Below, one piece after another: positions 26,648 through 34,475 of a stretch of 64,000 bases of DNA (its first letter is position 1; each line of letters begins with the position of its first letter). Made by a program: the position numbers and the translations under genes. Location of the stretch: positions 1,315-65,314 of the forward strand of contig DGHT01000045.1 in NCBI GenBank assembly GCA_002392765.1. Reading direction: 5' to 3'. Below the pieces are notes generated by a model. That model saw nothing but the letters and a program-made list of their open reading frames with translations, had not been told where the DNA came from and made no database searches. The DNA comes from Verrucomicrobia bacterium UBA3841. Lineage in GTDB: Bacteria; Verrucomicrobiota; Kiritimatiellia; RFP12; UBA1067.

Positions 26648-27311
26648 AGAGTCGCCGCAAAGGAATGCTTCCATTACTCCAAGCAAGACGGGCTGCACCC
26701 AAGTACTTCGAAAATGACGGCAATAGAATTTTCTGATCTTTTTTCGCATTAAGAACCTCTAGAAACTCCGTCTGCGTAATCGGCTTATGCTTTGAAAGAA
26801 ACTCGACCGGGGAGGCTAACTGCTTCATAGCACCAGGCTCCATAAGCCATTCAGCAGTTGCACAATAGGCTTCACGGCGCTGAACAAGCTTCAGTAAAGT
26901 GTTTCTGCCAAGTACACTACGTCCAACATATGTCTCTCCCCCCATCTCTGGCACGTCTATTTCAATCCTACCATCTTCATTTCGAAATACGCGAAGCACA
27001 TATGCGGCATCCGTCAAAAAAGGCCCCGTCTCGAAAACCTCGGACAAAACCGCATCACTTTCGACCGTTAATGCATCTTCATCCGAGAAATCCCACTCCG
27101 CGTCAAACACTTCCTCGGCAAGCTCATCGTCTATTGCCAAATCTTCATATCCAACGGAAATATCCTGGACTATGTGCCCTCGCTGCTCCAGTTCCTGTAA
27201 GTTGCGCTGCACTTCCAGAGGCCCCCCAGAACAAACTATATCGGCCAGAACGTGTAATGCCTGAGTTTGCTTCGTCTGCTGTTCCTGCCCAATACCAAAT
27301 CCGAGGCCCAT
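26640..27311 (-). CDS. truncated sigma-54 (RpoN)-like factor, about 223 aa
   Basis: It has a Gln/Leu-rich Region-I-like N-terminus (GIGQEQQTKQTQALHVLADI...LEVQRNLQELEQ) and an acidic Region-II-like stretch. This is followed by AYVLRVFRNEDGRIEIDV, RNTLLKLVQRREAYCATAEWLMEPGAMK and KPITQTEFLEVLN...LPSFSKYLGAARLAWSNGSIPLRRLF, which resemble the sigma-54 DNA-binding region up to the HTH (..STISRVT..KY..TPRGIFELKYFF). No RpoN box is present. The start at 27311 has an AAGGAGG 9 nt upstream, inside the RNAP gene's end. Confidence 0.6.
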   Translation of the reverse strand: MGLGFGIGQEQQTKQTQALHVLADIVCSGGPLEVQRNLQELEQRGHIVQDISVGYEDLAIDDELAEEVFDAEWDFSDEDALTVESDAVLSEVFETGPFLTDAAYVLRVFRNEDGRIEIDVPEMGGETYVGRSVLGRNTLLKLVQRREAYCATAEWLMEPGAMKQLASPVEFLSKHKPITQTEFLEVLNAKKDQKILLPSFSKYLGAARLAWSNGSIPLRRLFK

Positions 27312-27312
27312 C

Positions 27313-30300
27313 TTAAGCATCCTCCTTTCCGCAAGTCTTTTCGCGATGCCCCCAGCGATTGAACATCACCTTGGCAAATGGTGAATCAAATGACAACACA
27401 CCGTCGCTTATCGCAAGTTCAAATATCTGCCGTTTCTGCCTCTGAAAAAGAATATCCGTAAACGTTTTGTCCGCCGATTTATCAGCTGCCGCACTATTTT
27501 TCGTTGCCTCTCGTTTCTTCTTCAGTGCCTCCCAGAGGATTTCCAGATACTTATCGTCAATTTCCGCATATTCGGTCTCTTCATTATCCCCATTTTTTCT
27601 AATTGCATTTATAAAACCGACCTTATCGTCATCCCTAACATAATCTCTATGTTCAGGACTCCCCTTCTCCCCAACTTCCCCGGTTAAGAACAACGCACGG
27701 GATCGCGCGATGTCGATTCCCTTCCCACCTGTATGGAACCCCTGCATCGCGACCTGAAGTCCCCTTTCGCCTATTGCCTGCGCCGCGATAAGACCTTCTT
27801 GCCCTTTCGGCCAGAGCATAAACACAAGGCGACGCGTAAGATCGCCGGCCTTACCTGCACCAAGCTTCTTATTGCACATAGTGGTGCGAGCATTTAACGA
27901 CGACCAGAACATTTCGTCCCACGACATCCCATGCACGAGCGAACAATCGAACTTCTTGGCCTTATCCGGGATTAGGTCTTTTGAGTACCCCAAATGATCC
28001 ATGTCCACATGCAACTCGCCTCGCGAACCTATTAATTGGCGTATTTGGCTTTGACCGTTTGCACCCGACCTGACCATGTCCAAAACTGACTTCTCTCCGG
28101 CAGACAGATCGGACGCTCCACGCACTTTGTCGAGAATGCCTTGCTCCTCCATCTTCCCAACTCGCGAACTAAGGTCTAATAAATCATAGAACCCAAAGGA
28201 CACGCCTTGGCGTGTACATGCATGATAAGCAAGACGGGCGAGAGCAGCAATCGCCTTTGCCGACTTCTCACCATTCTCCTCGGACAACTCATCAATAAGT
28301 TTCTTGCCGAACTCGCCAGGCTTATCAAACTTCTCCTCAAATAGCTTGCGAATCCCGTCATCCAGATTAATCTCGTCAATCTCTTTCTTATACTTCACCT
28401 GGTTCTCATAGACAATCTGCAGCCCAGTCACAAAATCGCGGTCATACTGCGCCGAAGCTTTTCCCGTACCTATCATACGAAGATTATTGCGCGGTAGCAT
28501 TACAACAGCCTCTTTCTGGGCCTCGTCAGATACAGGATAGTGTCCAACCATCTCGTCACCATCGAAGTCGGCGGCAAAACCCTTGCAGCAGAGCGGCGAT
28601 ATCTGCAGCACTTCGCCGTCTTCGGGCTTCAATGGCTCAGGGTAAAACGCCTGAAAGCCATGACGATGAAGTGTTGGCTGACGATTGAGCAAAATCAACT
28701 GCGGATGTTCATTCAAATAGTCGCGAAGCAACTTATACTTCTCGTCATCTGTAAGCGAAGAAGCGGCCTTATTCCACCACCATCCAACGCGCAGTACAAT
28801 TTCGGAGTCATTCGATCCAGACACTACCGTTTCTGAGTCTGCAGGATTGCTTGTTTCAGCCCCCATAAACGAAGCTAATACTCTGTCTCCCATCAATTCC
28901 CACAGGACATCTGTCGGTACGCGGACCTTATCCCATTCCAATTCGGGATTTGGCGTAATGACCAATCGGAATGAACGATCAACGCGACGCCCCAGTCCTT
29001 CGCGACGCAACAATCCATCCTTTTTGTCAAGACGATTAGCGATTTCCACGAACAGCTCTTTGACCGCTGTCTTAACACCGGCCAAGCACTTCTCTTTATC
29101 TTTAACTCCACATGCCCTAACAAGTTTGCGGTAGAGGTTATTAATCTCGGCGCAGCTTGCCGCATTGTCGGATATTTCCGGGATCGGCCGTCGATAGCGA
29201 ATCGGGAGAACTGGTATAATTGTTAGTTTGGGCAGTTCCTGTCCCAACGACCTCAAATCTTTTGCAGATATGCCAAAAGCATCGTATGGATAATCAACTG
29301 GCTCTGGAAGTTTAACATATCCCCACTTATCATCGCAAAGTTCCGGCTTTCTCCAATCACCAAATATCACTTCGTCAAATATACTGCCCGGATTGGCTTT
29401 ATAATAACACCCGTATGGAGGCGTCGCTTTCAGAGAGATTGTCGCGTGGTGAGGACATGTGACAGAGAAGTCTCCCAGCGCCGGACCCTCTTTCTCTCCA
29501 CATAACGAACTAAGAAGATCTTTAGCGGATCTGTTAAGCGGTTTGCCAGCCACCTTCCCCTTGCTAAACCTCCCGTAACAGGTCATCGTTTCCATACCAA
29601 CCGGCCATTTAGGAGGTTGCATTCCAGGCTTAGGAACAATCTCAGCCTTTATCCAGTCTTTCTGCGGGTCATAGTCTTTTAGCGTCACAACAAGAGTACA
29701 TTTGGGAGCGCCCTCAACCGGAGTTAAATCCCACTCAAAGACCGCAGGTCCCATGCCTTGACCTGGCATCGGATGAATAGGCTTTGTGCAATCATACCCC
29801 CAGCTGCGCAAAACACTCTTAACTCTGAGCGCATTGGTGTTTTTGTTGTCACCACTACCTTTTGGCAGCTTCTCATTGCCAAACGGCATCCCACATCCTT
29901 TGGGACAGACAAACGAAGCTGTTGGCTCCTTTGAAACACCACCGGCAGACAACACACGCTGCGCACCATTGTCTTCAATCCATTCCCTGATCGTCTCTTC
30001 TGACATTAACGAGAATCGAACCTTGTCTGCCCCTGCCTGCTCCATATCAATCCCAAGCGCCCAAAGCCAATCTCGCGCAACTCGCGGGAATCCAGAAAAC
30101 AGCTCCTTTACAGGCGGGGCTCCTTCAGCTTTCCATTCGCTCGCCCATTCAACGTCGGACTTCGCGCCCAGCATCTCTTCAAGAATATGCGGCACGCCGT
30201 ATGCAGCAAGCGCCCACACCTCCATCTCCCCCAGTCTCTGCCCGCCGCCAATTCGACGTCCATGCGCAGCCTGCCGAGTGGTAGACGAATATTTTGCATC

Positions 30301-32460
30301 CGAACCACCACATCGTGCCTGCGCTTTAAACTCTGGCACATGATGAAGCCGGACAAAGTACTCAAACCCAACGAGTACAGGGCTCTCCGTCTTCGACCCA
30401 TCTGGCAACACCAATTGGATGCATCCCTTCCGGTCTAGCCCACTTGCCTCAAGGGCGTGGCGAATTGCATCATGGTCAAGATTCGCGTTGTCGAAGCAAC
30501 CAAGTTCAGGCGACACTCCGCCACTTTTCAAGAAGTTAGCCCCATTCCACCCCGCATGAAGCAGCCAACCAAGATGCGTTTCCAGAAGCTGGCCAGGGTT
30601 CATCCTAGATAGCACACCATGTGGGTTAAGCAGAACATCTATGGCTTTGCCACGCAGATTCGCTGGCAACCGAGGATCATCGGGGAGGTGCGGCATTTCT
30701 TCTTCATCAAGAACCCTCGCGACCACCCCCTTGTTACCATGCCGCCCCATCAACTTGTCACCGAGACCAAGCGGCACCTCTTTCTCTAGTTCAAATGACA
30801 AACGCTGAGACAACTCTTGCAATGCTTCAGAATCTTCACACCCTTCATTAGGCGGAAAGAATGGTCCTTTGGAAATCCGGGCAGGATTCGGGTCCTCATA
30901 TCGCAAGACAAGCTTTTTCTTGTCACCATTGGCAAAAGATATGACAACATCTCCTTGCTTTAGAGGTGTGCAATTGTCAATCCTTTTCCAGAACGGGACC
31001 CATTCCGGGCTAATTTCGTGCGAAAACCACTTGCGCTCCGCAATCGCCATTTTTTCTGCGACTTTCCGACTGACAACAATCGCATCATCCACATTCCATC
31101 CATTCCACGACATATAGGCCACAAGAAGATCGCACCCGAGCGCAAGATCACCCTTCTCATCGATGGTGTTTGGACAGATGCCTATGTCTGTAAGCCGACA
31201 CATCTTTTCGACAAGTTCGCGCTCCGCGCCAGTCTTTACAAGCGGTGCGCAGCGTCCTGAGACGAGTGTTGCCTGCCGAAGGTTCTTTGCACCCAGCATA
31301 TTCCTGGCGTCGTCATTATGTTGCGCAAAGGGAATCATAGAAACTCCCCAGCCCACGCTCCCCATAGCTCCACCATGCTGCTCCATTGCCCCCTCAGCCA
31401 TGACAATCTCGCCATTTGCAGTGACACGAGCATGCCGAGCCAGTTGCAATGAGATGCCAATCATTTCGGATTCAGGTGTCTCAATCGGACAAATCCGGCC
31501 ACGGAACGACGGATGATTCTGCCGAAAATCCAATGGGAAACAAAGCACATTGGTTCGCTTGACATGGTAGCGCTTTATACCGGTGATGCTTGCCATCAGC
31601 TCCAGTGCGTTGTTCGGTTGGACAGGGGTGACAAAACCACCTCGCTTCAGCCCATTCAACGGCACCAAGCAATCGGGAACATATTTGGCCACTTCTTCTG
31701 AAAAGAAATCATCCCCATCCTTGTGTTTCGCGAACAATTTACAAAGTCGAAAAGCAAGCCAGCGCGGGAATGAAACAACAACACGATGCGCAAGATCATC
31801 CTGATCAACAGGCTGCATCAATTCACCTGCATGTTCGCGCACAGCATCAATCACATCCTTTGCCTTGCCGTTCAAAGCCTCCTTTAACCATTCGGGGATG
31901 AGCTCTTTGCTATCCTGTGCCCCACCCCACAATGGACCGAACGGCATGTCATCCATCAACTTCTGCAGACGCTTACAAACGTTATCTGACGGTTCATCCC
32001 ACAGCAAAGACCCTTTTGGTCCGTCCGGAAGTTTCACACTAAACTGCACACACGAAGCATCTGGGAATCCTATTCTCAATTCAACCTCTTTTTCAACCTC
32101 TCGCCTCGTTTTTCCGGCAGGATACACGAACCTAATGCCGGGCTTTTCGGCAAGCCATGAATTCCATACAAGTGACTGCGCATGTTTATCAGAAGCGCCT
32201 ATAAAGACTCCGTCTATGGGAAAAGGTAGCTTCTCAATTCTAAGTACATTTTTGGGATTGCAATTCGACCTGATCTCGATTTCACCGCACAACGTTCGGT
32301 TGTTGTTCCAACACTTCTCTGCCAGCCTTTCAGAAGGAAGTCGCAAACAGGCAGAGACATCCTGCCTCAATATCCGAGAAAGAACCTCCGAAACAGCATC
32401 GTTCCATTCTTTCGCGGTTTCAGGATCAAACATTAGCCAATTAGTTTTTCTGTCTTCCAT
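27313..32460 (-). CDS. single-polypeptide fusion of multisubunit RNA polymerase beta-like and beta'-like moieties (minimal, 1715 aa)
   Basis: Beta motifs are FRGRICPIETPESEMIG (aa 319-335), IPFAQHNDDARNMLGAKNLRQA, VAYMSWNGWNVDDAIVVS, GDKLMGRHGNKGVV (GRHGNKG at 30727-30747), IDVLLNPHGVLSRMNPGQLLETHLG and QRLGEMEVWALAAYG. Beta' motifs are GRRVDRSFRLVITPNP, LLNRQPTLHRHGFQAF, PLCCKGFAADFDGDEM (AADFDGD at 28555-28575), SQIRQLIGSRG, the bridge-helix-like GDLTRRLV and AAQAIGERGLQVAMQGFHTGG. Confidence 0.9.
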   Translation of the reverse strand: MEDRKTNWLMFDPETAKEWNDAVSEVLSRILRQDVSACLRLPSERLAEKCWNNNRTLCGEIEIRSNCNPKNVLRIEKLPFPIDGVFIGASDKHAQSLVWNSWLAEKPGIRFVYPAGKTRREVEKEVELRIGFPDASCVQFSVKLPDGPKGSLLWDEPSDNVCKRLQKLMDDMPFGPLWGGAQDSKELIPEWLKEALNGKAKDVIDAVREHAGELMQPVDQDDLAHRVVVSFPRWLAFRLCKLFAKHKDGDDFFSEEVAKYVPDCLVPLNGLKRGGFVTPVQPNNALELMASITGIKRYHVKRTNVLCFPLDFRQNHPSFRGRICPIETPESEMIGISLQLARHARVTANGEIVMAEGAMEQHGGAMGSVGWGVSMIPFAQHNDDARNMLGAKNLRQATLVSGRCAPLVKTGAERELVEKMCRLTDIGICPNTIDEKGDLALGCDLLVAYMSWNGWNVDDAIVVSRKVAEKMAIAERKWFSHEISPEWVPFWKRIDNCTPLKQGDVVISFANGDKKKLVLRYEDPNPARISKGPFFPPNEGCEDSEALQELSQRLSFELEKEVPLGLGDKLMGRHGNKGVVARVLDEEEMPHLPDDPRLPANLRGKAIDVLLNPHGVLSRMNPGQLLETHLGWLLHAGWNGANFLKSGGVSPELGCFDNANLDHDAIRHALEASGLDRKGCIQLVLPDGSKTESPVLVGFEYFVRLHHVPEFKAQARCGGSDAKYSSTTRQAAHGRRIGGGQRLGEMEVWALAAYGVPHILEEMLGAKSDVEWASEWKAEGAPPVKELFSGFPRVARDWLWALGIDMEQAGADKVRFSLMSEETIREWIEDNGAQRVLSAGGVSKEPTASFVCPKGCGMPFGNEKLPKGSGDNKNTNALRVKSVLRSWGYDCTKPIHPMPGQGMGPAVFEWDLTPVEGAPKCTLVVTLKDYDPQKDWIKAEIVPKPGMQPPKWPVGMETMTCYGRFSKGKVAGKPLNRSAKDLLSSLCGEKEGPALGDFSVTCPHHATISLKATPPYGCYYKANPGSIFDEVIFGDWRKPELCDDKWGYVKLPEPVDYPYDAFGISAKDLRSLGQELPKLTIIPVLPIRYRRPIPEISDNAASCAEINNLYRKLVRACGVKDKEKCLAGVKTAVKELFVEIANRLDKKDGLLRREGLGRRVDRSFRLVITPNPELEWDKVRVPTDVLWELMGDRVLASFMGAETSNPADSETVVSGSNDSEIVLRVGWWWNKAASSLTDDEKYKLLRDYLNEHPQLILLNRQPTLHRHGFQAFYPEPLKPEDGEVLQISPLCCKGFAADFDGDEMVGHYPVSDEAQKEAVVMLPRNNLRMIGTGKASAQYDRDFVTGLQIVYENQVKYKKEIDEINLDDGIRKLFEEKFDKPGEFGKKLIDELSEENGEKSAKAIAALARLAYHACTRQGVSFGFYDLLDLSSRVGKMEEQGILDKVRGASDLSAGEKSVLDMVRSGANGQSQIRQLIGSRGELHVDMDHLGYSKDLIPDKAKKFDCSLVHGMSWDEMFWSSLNARTTMCNKKLGAGKAGDLTRRLVFMLWPKGQEGLIAAQAIGERGLQVAMQGFHTGGKGIDIARSRALFLTGEVGEKGSPEHRDYVRDDDKVGFINAIRKNGDNEETEYAEIDDKYLEILWEALKKKREATKNSAAADKSADKTFTDILFQRQKRQIFELAISDGVLSFDSPFAKVMFNRWGHREKTCGKEDA

Positions 32461-32473
32461 AACACATCAAACT

Positions 32474-34468
32474 TCATTCAAGACTCAACATCTTCTTAGC
32501 AATTTCTATCTGCCCTTCTGCAAATACAGAAAACACATCATACGTTTGAACGGTATTTACATTTGCACACACATGTCCAACACACTGGGAAGCAACGTCT
32601 TCCCCGCCAAGTAGACCATTTCTCGAGAAAGTCATATGTGCATTTCTCATCAACGGGTTTACTCTTGCTCTTAGAGAATCCGTCCATGGTGGACCATTCT
32701 GTTCCACTTCATCAGGATTAAATTCTATCGCCGCAGCCCCATCCTTTGGGCCAGAATAAATCAGCCAACTCTGATTCGGTAGTTTATCATTAAACCACAC
32801 GCCATCACGATATTTATCTCGCTTCTCTACGTCATTTGTGTCAAGATACGGGCAAGATTTTGCATCCAAAACAATCCAATACTGACTTTCTGGAGAATTA
32901 TCACTATAAAACACAATTGCATAATCAGGAGTCAACAGATAGCGAGACGTAAAACCTCTTATGTTAGAATTCTGGTCTTGATATGCTCTAATGCCGCCGT
33001 ATAATTCCACCCTCAATGGACAATCTCTCTGTTTTAGTTTTGCACAGATTGGGCCATTGAATGTTGGTCCAAGATGAATATTCTTGATGCATTGCACGAC
33101 TTGCCTTGCATAGTTAGTCCCAAGATCTTCAAGTCCCTCATTCATAAATGCTTGGACAAGACGCTTAAACACCCATGCCTCATATATAAACGAGTAGTTC
33201 TTTTGCCAAGTTGAACATTCGCCATCATCCAAATCGCGCACATGCTTGGGTAAACGAAAACAACCATTCAAACGGCCCTTAAAGTCTCGCAATTTCAAGA
33301 AGTCCATCATTAATTTATGTGTACGGTTATATGCTTCAGTATTAGGAATGTCAACAGTTGCGAGGTAATCAATGGAACCGGAAACAACGCCTATGCACTG
33401 CATCCATGGACATCCTTCCGTGAAGAAAGGTTGACACTGCCCAACAATCTCCCTCACTTTATCAATCAAAGACCGTTTGAATTCAATTTCTTTCTTTATA
33501 TCCTTAAGAAGGAATTTATCGATATCCGGAACCTTGCTCAACCAATCTTCATCTGCCGATATACTATCTTTTATTTTGTGTATCAAATCAACCACGCAGT
33601 TCTTAAAATACAACAGGAATCCTTTTATTGCCCTATGTATCGGCACATCGTATGACATTGACAACACTGGAGCATAAACCTTTCCATGAGATATTCCCAA
33701 CGACAATCTGCGATTCATATCACGTCTTGTCTTCGATGATATCTTACGTAGTTTCTCCTGGGGAGTCCTCTGATAAGATCTCACAACACCCCCCGCACAT
33801 CTACTTGCAATGTCTAAAAGATATGGCTTCAATGAACTTATCAAACCTTTAAACTCGAGAATTTGCCTCTCTACATCCCTAAGAATGCTCGCCGTCTCGG
33901 AAGAAAAACATTCCTCTTTTATGTTTGTCCTTGAAAGCCCCTCAAATGTAGAAAGAACCGCAGAAGGATTCACACCAATCATCTCATCAACCATACGATC
34001 CAACAACTGCTTCTTGTCAGGATTCGGCTCTACCTTAATGTCAAACTCTGCAATAGTAACCCATTCAAAGTTTTCTGTCATGTTAGCGCGACGACGTAGC
34101 CGCAGCATTGACGGCCCAGAAGCACCACGCAACATCTGCATTCTAAAAACATGAACTTTGTTACCTTTATTATCCTTTCCCCATGTAAAGAACCGCCCTC
34201 CCGAGTCTGTCTGTGGTTCATAATCTGGTCGATACGCAAGTTGTAATTGATATAAAGAATCCAAGTCTTCATTGGGGGCAATCTTTTCAAGTCTCGCCTC
34301 CAAAAACAGAAGGTCACTAACAGCACCTTTGACGCCCCACGCACCTTCGCTAAAGTGAATAAGATTTCGAATGCTGCCCACCACCCCATCGCCAAGAGGA
34401 AGCGATGGTGTTTCAACGAAAGACTCCTTGGAATCTTTATCCTTATAAAAGAAAATCTTAAGATCCAT
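32474..34468 (-). CDS. McrC/DUF2357-like protein with C-terminal PD-(D/E)xK nuclease motif
   Basis: 664 aa. FIYEAWVFKRLVQ is followed by LLTPDYAIVF ... WIVLDAKS (D515, D535-x-K537; 32858-32929). It is immediately downstream (7 nt) of the McrB-like gene. Confidence 0.65.
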   Translation of the reverse strand: MDLKIFFYKDKDSKESFVETPSLPLGDGVVGSIRNLIHFSEGAWGVKGAVSDLLFLEARLEKIAPNEDLDSLYQLQLAYRPDYEPQTDSGGRFFTWGKDNKGNKVHVFRMQMLRGASGPSMLRLRRRANMTENFEWVTIAEFDIKVEPNPDKKQLLDRMVDEMIGVNPSAVLSTFEGLSRTNIKEECFSSETASILRDVERQILEFKGLISSLKPYLLDIASRCAGGVVRSYQRTPQEKLRKISSKTRRDMNRRLSLGISHGKVYAPVLSMSYDVPIHRAIKGFLLYFKNCVVDLIHKIKDSISADEDWLSKVPDIDKFLLKDIKKEIEFKRSLIDKVREIVGQCQPFFTEGCPWMQCIGVVSGSIDYLATVDIPNTEAYNRTHKLMMDFLKLRDFKGRLNGCFRLPKHVRDLDDGECSTWQKNYSFIYEAWVFKRLVQAFMNEGLEDLGTNYARQVVQCIKNIHLGPTFNGPICAKLKQRDCPLRVELYGGIRAYQDQNSNIRGFTSRYLLTPDYAIVFYSDNSPESQYWIVLDAKSCPYLDTNDVEKRDKYRDGVWFNDKLPNQSWLIYSGPKDGAAAIEFNPDEVEQNGPPWTDSLRARVNPLMRNAHMTFSRNGLLGGEDVASQCVGHVCANVNTVQTYDVFSVFAEGQIEIAKKMLSLE

Positions 34469-34475
34469 ACGCTAA

